Source: Candidatus Saccharimonadales bacterium
Lineage (GTDB): Bacteria; Patescibacteriota; Saccharimonadia; Saccharimonadales; JAXHNE01
Assembly (NCBI GenBank): GCA_041600755.1
Contig: JBFIJL010000001.1
Location: 186,896 to 250,895, forward strand
Length of the DNA stretch: 64,000 nt
Reading direction: 5' to 3'
Shown here: positions 1-8,488 of the stretch, one piece after another
How the letters are laid out: the number at the start of each line of letters is the position of its first letter
How positions within the stretch are numbered: position 1 is the stretch's first letter
Position numbers and translations under genes: made by a program
The notes under the pieces: model-generated
What the model saw: only the letters and a program-made list of their open reading frames with translations
Told to the model about the DNA's origin: nothing
Databases searched by the model: none

Positions 1-35
1 TGGAAAAAATATCTCGCAGTAATGCCTGCGCCAGC

Positions 36-554
36 CTACTTCTTTTTTTTCTTTTTCTTGCCTGAACGTGTCTTGGACCTGGCTCGAGGCTTTGGCTTCT
101 TGACGCGCGCTTCAACACTTTTTTTAGGTAAAGAGTTACTGTTGTCAGCAACTGGATTTGTAGTATCAAGTTCAATGGGTGCGGTAAATGATTGAGTATT
201 GCGATTAATCAATATCCAAGTTCCACTGCCAATCCCAATCAGTAAAGCAATCGGTGCGATAAGCCATAAACGATCACTTGGCTCCTCAACCGCCTCAATA
301 GCCGGAGCGGAAGCTGGCTGGCCAGCAGGAATAGATAGTCCCGTAGCCGAGTCGAGCACCTTATATGCAGTTGATTCTTGCACAGAGCCGGTTGCTGGAA
401 TAGTGCCAGTCTGAGTTGATTGAGGACTTTGGGTGCTTGGCACTGTTGGTGCGGTAATTTGTTGAGCACTAGAAACTGACGATGCAAAAACAATAATAAA
501 CGCCACTGCGATAGCTGCGCTGGCCACCTCTTGTAATTTACGTAAATACCTCAT
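36..554 (-). CDS. hypothetical secreted/membrane-anchored low-complexity protein
   Basis: ORF 36..719 begins with TTG. An internal ATG (cat at 552-554) gives a signal-like N-terminus, MRYLRKLQEVASAAIAVAFIIVFASSVSSA. It is followed by an S/T/Q/P-rich stretch, one TM (LWLIAPIALLIGIGSGTWILI) and a poly-Lys tail. No family recognised. Confidence 0.45.
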   Translation of the reverse strand: MRYLRKLQEVASAAIAVAFIIVFASSVSSAQQITAPTVPSTQSPQSTQTGTIPATGSVQESTAYKVLDSATGLSIPAGQPASAPAIEAVEEPSDRLWLIAPIALLIGIGSGTWILINRNTQSFTAPIELDTTNPVADNSNSLPKKSVEARVKKPKPRARSKTRSGKKKKKKK

Positions 555-758
555 ATTTACAGTTATTGTAGCATGCGAATGACGGCACAAAATTGTGTAA
601 AAATACTTGACGGCTGGTAGTTTGACAGCGTAGCCTAGGGTGTATGGTCGCGGAGGGTAGCGAACTATGGTTGGCACGCCTAAACTGAGGCCGTCAAAAC
701 CAAAAACTATAATAGGCAAGACTTTGATTCATCAAGGTTTTGCCTATTTTTTATACTC

Positions 759-1484
759 TCAAAGCCAGCCAACGCCCCTCCAGAATGGCTCAAATATATC
801 TGTTTCTGGCGTCAAATAGACTGACTCAAGCTCATCTATTGAGGGATTTTCGTCAATACATACCAAGTTTGGAATGTCTGACGCTACAGCAAGCGGAGTC
901 TGCTCATTGCCCTCACCCGTGACGACTGTGGCGCCTGCAGCTATGCCCTGCGCACGGTTCGACACACTTCGCTCAAGCGTGTTGCCAAAAATATCTTTGG
1001 CGCCAATGTAGCTCTCGAGCGCCTTGAATCCGCTATGAGCGATGCAAATACCCACAGAACCGCGACGTAGTGGCATTGATGAGCTGTCACTTATAACCAG
1101 CCCCAATGGTTTGCCATAGGCTTTGGTCAAAGCTGCACGCAGCGTATTGGCAGAGAACTGAGGGTTGCGCGGCCACAATATGTACTGCCCGTTGCCATTG
1201 CTGCTGTCTACTCCTGCAGAGCCGATCAAGGAACCCTTAGCAATAGTAAAGTGATAGCCATACTTGTTTAGTGTTGGATCAAGCCAAAGATCAGCTTGCT
1301 CTTTAATGAGTGCCTCACGATCAGTGTTAGTGATTGGCACTACGGCACCTTCAGAAATTGCGACAATTTTAGAACTCACCACAATGACGCTATGCGATGT
1401 GATTTTGGGAATTGCAGCCAAAATTATATCAACAAGATCAACTTTGGAGGTGATGCGCGGCGTTTTATAGCCTACGATGTGCAC
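759..1484 (-). CDS. CofE-like protein (F420-0:gamma-glutamyl ligase family fold)
   Basis: 241 aa. The N-terminal pattern DLVDIILAAI...SVIVVSSKIVAISEGAVV and the Gly-rich core resemble CofE-family ligases as I remember them. GTG start; overlaps the aspS 3' end by 13 nt. Confidence 0.5.
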   Translation of the reverse strand: MHIVGYKTPRITSKVDLVDIILAAIPKITSHSVIVVSSKIVAISEGAVVPITNTDREALIKEQADLWLDPTLNKYGYHFTIAKGSLIGSAGVDSSNGNGQYILWPRNPQFSANTLRAALTKAYGKPLGLVISDSSSMPLRRGSVGICIAHSGFKALESYIGAKDIFGNTLERSVSNRAQGIAAGATVVTGEGNEQTPLAVASDIPNLVCIDENPSIDELESVYLTPETDIFEPFWRGVGWL

Positions 1485-3232
1485 GAAATGCCAAGCTCCT
1501 TAAGCTGTTGCTCATCAACCCTGCTTGGTGACTGCATCATAAGATCAACACCAGATCCATTTTTAGGAAATGCCACGACTTCGCGAACATTGTCTACGCC
1601 CGTCAGCACCATAAAAATTCTATCCAATCCTGGCGCAGCACCAGCGTGCGGTGGCGCTCCAAACTTGAAGGCGTTAAGCATTGCACCAAATTTTTCTTCA
1701 ACATAAGCTGCGTCGTACCCAAGCACACCAAATGCCTTGTACATTATTTCGGGGTCGTGGTTTCGAACCGCACCAGATGCGCACTCGTAGCCATTCATGA
1801 CGAGGTCATACTGATCGGCGACAATCGATAGCTTATCTTCAGCGTCAAGCCCTTCTAGCCCACCTTTTGGCATAGAAAACGGATTGTGTCCAAAATCTAT
1901 CTTTTTGGCTGCTTCATCCCATTCATAAAATGGAAAATCTACAACCCACAGTGCCGAAACTACGTTTGGGTCTTTTAGCCCTAGCTCGTCCCCAAGGTGA
2001 CTCCTAAGCCCGCCAAGAACTTTGTTAACCTTCTCACGACTATCCGCCCCAAATAACAATAAGTCTCCATCTGATGCGCCTGTTTTCTCTACGATCACAG
2101 ACAGGTCTTCGTCACTAAAGAATTTAGCGATCGATGAGGTGGCCTTACCAGCTTCTATCGTCATGTAAGGCATGCCGCCTGCACCAAGTTGCTTGGCGCG
2201 TTCTGTAAGCTTGTCGAGCTGCGAACGACTCATATCAGCTTTACCTGATACAACTATCGCCTTAACAGAACCTCCGCCCTCTATGGCCTTGCTGAATACG
2301 CCGAAACCACATGACGCAAGCTCAGAACTAAGATCGACCAACTCCATGCCAAAGCGCAGGTCTGGCTTATCGCTACCAAATCGGTTCATTGCGTCATCAA
2401 ACGTCATTCGCGGCAGATCTTCATCAAGCAAAGTCTTGCCAGCAAAGTCCTTCACTAAATTCTTCACGAGTGGATCAATCATATTACGAACCACCTCACC
2501 ATCTTCGACGAAACTCATTTCCATATCTAGCTGATAGAAGTCTCCGTATAATCTATCTGCTCTTGGGTCCTCGTCACGAAAACAAGTTGCAAACTGGTAA
2601 TAGCGGTGTACGCCACCAACCATCAACAGCTGCTTGAATTGCTGCGGAGCCTGTGGCAATGCATAGAACTTCCCAGGATGGAGTCGGGATGGCAACAAAA
2701 AATCTCGAGCCCCTTCAGGACTAGAGTTAGCCAAAATTGGTGTCGCTATCTCTGTGAAATCATTAGCCTCCATATAGCTACGAATAAAACTGTAGTAAGC
2801 TGCGCGTTTCTTAAGCATGTCCTGCATGTGTGGACGACGTAGATCAAGGTAGCGGTACTTAAGTCGTGTCTCTTCACTCGATAGATTTTCGTCGCTCACC
2901 TGGAATGGGAGTGGCTCTGCTTTGTTCAGCAGTCGCAAGTTTTGCATAACCAACTCAACCGACCCCGAGACAATGTTGGGGTTCTTGAGCGACTCGTCAC
3001 GTTCAACAACCTGTCCGGTCGCTTCGATCACAAATTCATCTCGCAAGCCTTCAACCATTTCAAAAGTTGGCTTGTCCACTTCATCGGGACGAATTGTTAA
3101 CTGCGTTAGGCCGCTATGATCACGCAAATCAATAAACACCAACCCACCATGGTCTCTGCGACTCTGCACCCAACCGGCAACCGTCACCGTTTCGCCAACC
3201 TTGTTCTGTATATCTTTACTAAAAATTCTCAT
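1472..3232 (-). CDS. aspS: aspartate--tRNA ligase (bacterial type)
   Basis: 586 aa. OB-fold N-terminus GWVQSRRDHGGLVFIDLRD, class II motif 2 FRDEDPRADR, and C-terminal GAAPGLDRIFM. Ends in TAG. Confidence 0.95.
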   Translation of the reverse strand: MRIFSKDIQNKVGETVTVAGWVQSRRDHGGLVFIDLRDHSGLTQLTIRPDEVDKPTFEMVEGLRDEFVIEATGQVVERDESLKNPNIVSGSVELVMQNLRLLNKAEPLPFQVSDENLSSEETRLKYRYLDLRRPHMQDMLKKRAAYYSFIRSYMEANDFTEIATPILANSSPEGARDFLLPSRLHPGKFYALPQAPQQFKQLLMVGGVHRYYQFATCFRDEDPRADRLYGDFYQLDMEMSFVEDGEVVRNMIDPLVKNLVKDFAGKTLLDEDLPRMTFDDAMNRFGSDKPDLRFGMELVDLSSELASCGFGVFSKAIEGGGSVKAIVVSGKADMSRSQLDKLTERAKQLGAGGMPYMTIEAGKATSSIAKFFSDEDLSVIVEKTGASDGDLLLFGADSREKVNKVLGGLRSHLGDELGLKDPNVVSALWVVDFPFYEWDEAAKKIDFGHNPFSMPKGGLEGLDAEDKLSIVADQYDLVMNGYECASGAVRNHDPEIMYKAFGVLGYDAAYVEEKFGAMLNAFKFGAPPHAGAAPGLDRIFMVLTGVDNVREVVAFPKNGSGVDLMMQSPSRVDEQQLKELGISCTS

Positions 3233-3423
3233 GATTTCCTCGCTATTTGTTCTGCTAATTAGTGTCGACTAAAATCGGACCGTAAAGCTGAAATGCGCGT
3301 CGATATTTGTCGCCTACAGCTTGGCCCGAGAATTGTTATTTTGTTGCAGTGAATTCATCTTGTGTGAAGTATAGCCGAAAACTAGTCGTTTGATAAGGTG
3401 ATTGTATCTGTTGGAGCCTCAGC

Positions 3424-4449
3424 TCATTTTTCAACTGGATGCTCATGACTAGCGTGATCACTGGCTGCGGCCCGAGATGCAACCGTGCGCATGTCGTCAT
3501 ATTGATCAAACTCATCTACAATTTGTGTTCCGAGTATTCGCTCAAAAACATCTTCTATAGTCAAAATTCCAACATATTCTTCAAAACCATTCACCACAAT
3601 AAAAAGATGTTGGTGAGTGCGAAGAATTGCACTGAGCGCCTGCTCTAACACCTGCTCTTCATGAATATATAAAACTTCTTTTTTCATAACTGATGAAACA
3701 GGACCGGATCGTTTTTTTTGCACCAAATCGCGAAGATATAAAATACCGACGATATTATCAGGGTTACCCTCGTACACTGGGAATCTTGAAAAACCTGTTT
3801 TGTGTAGCTCGTCCATAAAAACTGGCCCGATTGTGTCGCTAGCTTCAACCATGTGCACAGCACGGCGCGGCACAAGCACCTCGGCAATCGGCACACTTGC
3901 GTACGACAGGGCATGTGCGGCAATCTCTAGTGCACTAGCCGACACCTGGTTATCCGGTTGTTTCTGCTGCATATCAAGAAGATCAATTAAGTCATCTTGA
4001 TCATACAGGCCGGTATGTACATGAATCGGGAAAAGTTTTCTCATTTTATCCAACACAAACTGCACAGTCGGATAGATAATGCTCGCAAGCCGAGCGAGGA
4101 CTGGCGAAATTCGAGCAGCCATTGAAAATGTCAGGCTGGTGACCCTTCTGGCCGGCAACCATATAAAACCAAACCAAAGAATTGCAGCACTAAGCAGCGC
4201 GGCAAACCATGCGACAGTGGCACGAGAAACATAGACAAAGAATATAACGTGCGCCACAAGCACAAAACACTTAAGAATTAGTGATAGGCTCGGACCGTAC
4301 GCTGCGGAGCGGTATAGCAGCTTCGCAACTTCATCGCCATCCCTAGCGCGCTTCTTTAATTCACGCGCAGGAATGCTTTGATATGCACGATTCACAAGAA
4401 CTGAACTGACTGCAAAACTGGCAAGTAAGAGAACAATAAATAATGTCAT
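3424..4449 (-). CDS. CNNM/DUF21 transmembrane domain + CBS-pair protein (HlyC/CorC family, short form)
   Basis: 341 aa. N-terminal multi-TM region followed by two CBS-like segments (VMKKEVLYIHEEQVLEQAL..., VVNGFEEYVGILTIEDVFERI). The protein ends shortly after the CBS pair, so the usual CorC_HlyC C-terminal domain appears absent. Confidence 0.8.
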   Translation of the reverse strand: MTLFIVLLLASFAVSSVLVNRAYQSIPARELKKRARDGDEVAKLLYRSAAYGPSLSLILKCFVLVAHVIFFVYVSRATVAWFAALLSAAILWFGFIWLPARRVTSLTFSMAARISPVLARLASIIYPTVQFVLDKMRKLFPIHVHTGLYDQDDLIDLLDMQQKQPDNQVSASALEIAAHALSYASVPIAEVLVPRRAVHMVEASDTIGPVFMDELHKTGFSRFPVYEGNPDNIVGILYLRDLVQKKRSGPVSSVMKKEVLYIHEEQVLEQALSAILRTHQHLFIVVNGFEEYVGILTIEDVFERILGTQIVDEFDQYDDMRTVASRAAASDHASHEHPVEK

Positions 4450-4490
4450 ACGTTAATGGTACAATATGATGGCTAATTTGAGGGAATTAT

Positions 4491-5144
4491 ATGAATAAAC
4501 AGTTTGTTATTATTATGGCGATTGCGGTTGCCTTGTTCGGTGGAATTATCTTTACACAAAAAAAATCAGACAACTCACAAACGAGCTCGGTTGAACCAAG
4601 CAGCTATACATATGGCGTTGACCCGGAAGCTGTTGACGACGCTGCCGTTGTAGTTAACTTAACTGAATACGGGGACTTCCAATGCCCGGGCTGTGGCTCG
4701 TACTTTCCTGTCGTGAAGGAAATTAAAGAAAAATATAAAGACCAACTCACCTTCCAGTTTCGCAACTTTCCATTGACTAGCCTTCACCCGAATGCCTTTG
4801 CTGCGCACCGATCTGCGGTAGCCGCCGGTAATCAGGAAAAGTTTTTTGAAATGCACGATTTGCTTTATGAGCGTCAAGCCGCCTGGAGCTCAAGCACCAA
4901 CCCAAGTCAAGTATTCCGTGGCTACGCCGAAGAATTAGGGCTTGATATGGAAAAATATGACGTTGATGTAGCGAGCGAAGCAACCAATGCAATCATTCAA
5001 GCAGACTTAAGTGCAGGAAGGGCACTCAACATAACAGGCACGCCTACATTCTTGATAGATGGCGAGGTTATCGAGACACCCTCCTCAATAGAAGCCTTTG
5101 AACAAGTCATCGAAGACGCGCTTGAGACCAAAAAGACCAGCTAA
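4491..5144 (+). CDS. DsbA-family thiol:disulfide oxidoreductase, membrane-anchored
   Basis: 217 aa. N-terminal TM, thioredoxin-type active site FQCPGCGSYF, and a C-terminal GTPTFLIDG motif typical of DsbA/thioredoxin folds. Confidence 0.8.
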   Translation: MNKQFVIIMAIAVALFGGIIFTQKKSDNSQTSSVEPSSYTYGVDPEAVDDAAVVVNLTEYGDFQCPGCGSYFPVVKEIKEKYKDQLTFQFRNFPLTSLHPNAFAAHRSAVAAGNQEKFFEMHDLLYERQAAWSSSTNPSQVFRGYAEELGLDMEKYDVDVASEATNAIIQADLSAGRALNITGTPTFLIDGEVIETPSSIEAFEQVIEDALETKKTS

Positions 5145-5164
5145 TAACTAAATACATTAAAACT

Positions 5165-5198
5165 AAAAAGCCTGTAGTGAATTACTACAGGCTTTTTA
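5165..5198 (+). terminator. rho-independent (potentially bidirectional) terminator
   Basis: AAAA-AGCCTGTAGT-gaatt-ACTACAGGCT-TTTTT. A perfect 10-bp stem flanked by an A-run and a T-run, 21 nt after the DsbA-like stop. Confidence 0.7.
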
Positions 5199-5465
5199 GG
5201 TATTCAGCTATTTAATAGTGAATAAACTGTTGCCATTTCGGGCGTCGTACTTGAACTTCCACGCGACTACCTCTTTGATTTTGTGTTTTTATTTGCACGT
5301 TCACCAAAAACCCTTTCCATCGCAAAAGCTTAATAATACTTCTGCGCTCACTTTTTTTATTTTTAATTTTTTGTTTCTACGATAGCGACTATGTCTCGAT
5401 AGTTGCTACTGTTGTAGTGCGTCTATTTTTGCACGCTTTGGGGGCCCAAGTCAACAGGCTTTTGC

Positions 5466-5942
5466 TTATTTTTTGTTTATATCTTTTCGGAGGAATGTTT
5501 GTAGCGCTTTGCCCGCTCCACGCAAACTCAGCCGTCTTTGATGCTCAGCCTGAATGCGCGCGTGTAGCTTATGCACAGCTGGTGCAACCTTGTTATCATC
5601 ATGAAGTTTTTTGAACTCATTATCGATATCTGCAAGTTCTTCATCGGTCAGGCTTTCAAGTCCTACAAAACTATCTCGAGCTTTTGAAGCTCGAATCAGC
5701 TCATCTAACTTAAGTTGTAACGCCTTTCCATCACGATTCTGGGTGTTCTGAATGAGAAACACCATCAAGAATGTCACGATTGTAGTACCGGTGTTGATAA
5801 CCAATTGCCAGGTATCAGAATATTCAAAAAATGATCCAGTGACAGCCCATGCCAGCACCACCAAAAATGCAATCATGAACGCATAGGGACTACCGGCAGA
5901 TTGGGAAACTTTGTTGGCTATTATGCGAAAGAATTGCTTCAT
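5466..5942 (-). CDS. low-affinity iron permease family membrane protein
   Basis: ATG at 5942 gives MKQFFRIIANKVSQSAGSPYAFMIAFLVVLAWAV...TIVTFLMVFLIQNTQNRD followed by a coiled C-terminus. This matches my memory of the Fet4-like/low-affinity iron permease family (PF04120). Confidence 0.65.
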   Translation of the reverse strand: MKQFFRIIANKVSQSAGSPYAFMIAFLVVLAWAVTGSFFEYSDTWQLVINTGTTIVTFLMVFLIQNTQNRDGKALQLKLDELIRASKARDSFVGLESLTDEELADIDNEFKKLHDDNKVAPAVHKLHARIQAEHQRRLSLRGAGKALQTFLRKDINKK

Positions 5943-6011
5943 GGTTTTATTTACCTTACGCTTATTGTACAATTAATCCAACTAAAATTAATAACAGAAA
6001 CAACTAAACAC

Positions 6012-7709
6012 ATGCATGGCAATATATTCACTGAACTCAGTCTCTTATTAACTATAGCTGTTGGTATTTCGCTAATCATGAAGGCGCTGCGTCAGCCAAT
6101 GATCGTTGGGCACATTCTGACCGGAATTTTAGTAGGGCCAGCGATTTTTGGATTTGTGCAGTCCCCTGAAACAATTGCCGACTTTGGTACATTTGGTATT
6201 GCGCTGTTGCTATTCGTCGTTGGATTAGGACTAAATCCTAAAGTCATCAAAGAAGTGGGTCGCGTTGCCCTACTAACTGGTTTCGGCCAGGTTATTTTCA
6301 CCTCTTTGATTGGGTTTGGAATGATTAGGCTGCTTGGCTATTCACCTATAGTGTCTCTTTATATTGCGGTGTCGTTAACTTTCTCGAGCACTATTATTAT
6401 CCTCAAACTGCTGAACGACAAGAAAGAGCAAAATAAGCTGCACGGCAAGATCTCGATTGGCTTCTTGCTTGTACAGGACGTCCTGGCCACATTCGCACTT
6501 GTTGTAGCTTCCGCCACTAGTGATGGCAACTTCAGCCCTGCAACACTAGGGTTCTTAGCACTGAAGGGATTTGGCCTAGGACTTGCAATTATGCTGATAT
6601 CAAAATATGTACTTAAACCTATGAACAACTTTCTGTCTCGCTCCCAGGAGCTATTGTTTCTGTTCGCGATAGCCTGGGGATTCGGTATTGGCACACTATT
6701 CTTCGAACTTGGCTTCTCGCTAGAAATTGGAGCACTTGTTGCTGGAGTGGCTCTGTCTACAATGACCTATGCGCAAGAAGTTAGCTCTCGCCTTCGACCC
6801 CTGCGTGATTTCTTTATAGTTATATTTTTTATAGCACTTGGTGCCGGTCTGGACATTAGTAGTGTTGGGTCAATAATCTGGCAAGCTATCGGGCTGTCGA
6901 TTTTCGTACTTGTCGGAAACCCGACAATTGTGATGATAATTATGGGCGTCTTGGGATACACTAAAAAAACTAGCTTTAAGGCGGGGCTTGCAGTTGCTCA
7001 GATCAGTGAATTTTCTTTAATTTTTATTCTCTTGGGGCGATCTAATGGACAAGTTGACGATCTGGCTGTTTCACTGGTCACCGTGGTTGGTATTATTACA
7101 ATTGCCGCCTCGTCATATATGATCACTTACTCTGATAGCCTATACGAAAGCTTTGAAAAATATCTATCATTATTCGAGCGTCGCAAGGTGAAGATGGACC
7201 AAGAATCCAGGAACGAATATGAGCTCATTTTGCTAGGTTATCAAAAGGGTGGCCACGAATTTGTTAAAGTATTTCAGCAGCTCAAAAAACGCTTTGTGGT
7301 CATAGACTACGATCCAGATGTGATTGACGTTCTTGAAAACAGAAAGGTTAACTATCTATACGGCGACGTAACCGATATCGAGATGCTTGAAGAAGCTGGA
7401 GTAGATACCGCCAAGCTTGTCGCTTGCACAGTTGGTGATTTCGAAACAAATAGCTTCATTGTCGCATTGCTAGAAAAACTCAATCCCTCTGCAGTGGTCA
7501 TCTGTCGAGCCGAAACGATACATGACGCCGAGAGACTATACGCTCAAGGCGCCAGCTATGTCGTGATGCCACACTTCGTTGGCAGCGAGCGAATGGGCTT
7601 ATTCCTTCACAAAAATGGCCTAAGCAAAGCTGAATTCAAGAAGCATAAAGCACTTCATCTAAAATTCATACAAGATCAATTAGCTACTGAGTCATCTGAC
7701 GAAGCATAA
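6012..7709 (+). CDS. cation:proton antiporter with C-terminal RCK/TrkA-N domain (Kef-like)
   Basis: ATG at 6012 (MHGNIFTELSLLL). About 12 TM Na+/H+-exchanger-type core, then a Rossmann-like ELILLGYQKGGHEF...VVIDYD segment. The upstream extension to 5901 overlaps the divergent gene and is rejected. Confidence 0.85.
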   Translation: MHGNIFTELSLLLTIAVGISLIMKALRQPMIVGHILTGILVGPAIFGFVQSPETIADFGTFGIALLLFVVGLGLNPKVIKEVGRVALLTGFGQVIFTSLIGFGMIRLLGYSPIVSLYIAVSLTFSSTIIILKLLNDKKEQNKLHGKISIGFLLVQDVLATFALVVASATSDGNFSPATLGFLALKGFGLGLAIMLISKYVLKPMNNFLSRSQELLFLFAIAWGFGIGTLFFELGFSLEIGALVAGVALSTMTYAQEVSSRLRPLRDFFIVIFFIALGAGLDISSVGSIIWQAIGLSIFVLVGNPTIVMIIMGVLGYTKKTSFKAGLAVAQISEFSLIFILLGRSNGQVDDLAVSLVTVVGIITIAASSYMITYSDSLYESFEKYLSLFERRKVKMDQESRNEYELILLGYQKGGHEFVKVFQQLKKRFVVIDYDPDVIDVLENRKVNYLYGDVTDIEMLEEAGVDTAKLVACTVGDFETNSFIVALLEKLNPSAVVICRAETIHDAERLYAQGASYVVMPHFVGSERMGLFLHKNGLSKAEFKKHKALHLKFIQDQLATESSDEA

Positions 7710-8296
7710 AGCCCCTGCTGAGAAATATAGGCTGAAACTTGAGGATCTAATGCTTGTGGGCTTTCGCGATTCTTTAACTGACTTCGTACTACCGAAGAGC
7801 TTACTCGCACCAGTGGACTTGGAATAAACATATGGTTAATCGGTTGGTTTCTGATCGAAGAAATGGCAGCAATCCTGGTTTTGGCCAGTTCTTCGTGTTT
7901 TCTAATCCCAATTATGAACGAAACACCTGTAAGCAGCTTATCGATATGTGGCCATTCGTGCATATGCGTCAACATATCGTCGCCCATGATTAACGTTAGC
8001 TCTGCACCCTCAAAACGTTTCTTGAGTATTGGTAGAGTCTCGTGAGGAGTAAAGCGTAGCTGGTCGATAATGATCGAACCTAGCTTGTCATCTTGTTCAA
8101 TTGCCAACTGCATCATTGTTTGGCGATGCTCAAATGCTCGCACACCTTGCTTGCGGCGGGGGCTTCGTTCGACCATAAAATACACACGATCAAGTGAGCC
8201 AGCATCTATGGCGTCACGTGCAAATGCAATGTGCCCGGTATGAACAGGGTCAAACGTTCCCGAAAAAATACCAATTTTCTGCAATTTGCTTTTCAT
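7676..8296 (-). CDS. nadD: nicotinate-nucleotide adenylyltransferase
   Basis: 206 aa. IGIFSGTFDPVHTGHIAFA (HxGH nucleotidyltransferase motif) and typical NadD length. Overlaps the convergent antiporter gene by 34 nt. Confidence 0.85.
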   Translation of the reverse strand: MKSKLQKIGIFSGTFDPVHTGHIAFARDAIDAGSLDRVYFMVERSPRRKQGVRAFEHRQTMMQLAIEQDDKLGSIIIDQLRFTPHETLPILKKRFEGAELTLIMGDDMLTHMHEWPHIDKLLTGVSFIIGIRKHEELAKTRIAAISSIRNQPINHMFIPSPLVRVSSSVVRSQLKNRESPQALDPQVSAYISQQGLYASSDDSVAN

Positions 8297-8320
8297 AACA
8301 CCAATACCTCATTGCTCGGC

Positions 8321-8479
8321 TTAAACATCCTGTGGAGCACCTTCACAGCATTTTGTCTTATAGTGGCACTGCGGACACTCGTAGTGACCATGAGCGGGAT
8401 ATAGCGGATAGTAGTCACATATCTCGCAAAAATACTCAATTGAACAAACTTTGCCATTTTCATCAGTAATTTCATTCAC
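8321..8479 (-). CDS. candidate small zinc-ribbon protein (52 codons, absent from the ORF track)
   Basis: Hand translation of the minus strand gives VNEITDENGKVCSIEYFCEICDYYPLYPAHGHYECPQCHYKTKCCEGAPQDV*. Cys pattern is C-x6-C-x2-C...C-x2-C...CC. The only in-frame start is GTG 8479. The frame is continuous with the upstream gene across its TAG (8489-8491). It competes with the tracked 60-aa ORF 8293..8475. Confidence 0.4.
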   Translation of the reverse strand: MNEITDENGKVCSIEYFCEICDYYPLYPAHGHYECPQCHYKTKCCEGAPQDV

Positions 8480-8488
8480 ACCTCCATT

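Noticed and set aside
3233-3423. Possible T-box leader upstream of aspS (191-nt spacer)
   Set aside because: No T-box sequence (AAnnnGGGUGGUACCGCG-like), no specifier-loop/GA-motif arrangement and no terminator/antiterminator pair is visible on the minus strand.
5199-5465. 267-nt gene-free gap with a T-rich tract and small imperfect hairpins (e.g. GCGACTAT-gtctcg-ATAGTTGC); possible sRNA or scar
   Set aside because: No motif of tRNA, tmRNA, SRP RNA, 6S or any known riboswitch was recognised by eye, and there is no convincing promoter-terminator pair. Left unannotated; worth a covariance-model scan.
8293-8475. Tracked 60-aa ORF (MKLLMKMAKFVQLSIFARYV...) with a good GGAGG SD and an ATGA junction to nadD
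   Set aside because: Not fully excluded. The sequence is Arg/Val/Thr-rich and featureless. The alternative frame over the same DNA encodes a clean CxxC zinc-ribbon pattern continuous with the upstream Cys-rich tail. I list the Cys-rich frame as the candidate and flag the conflict.
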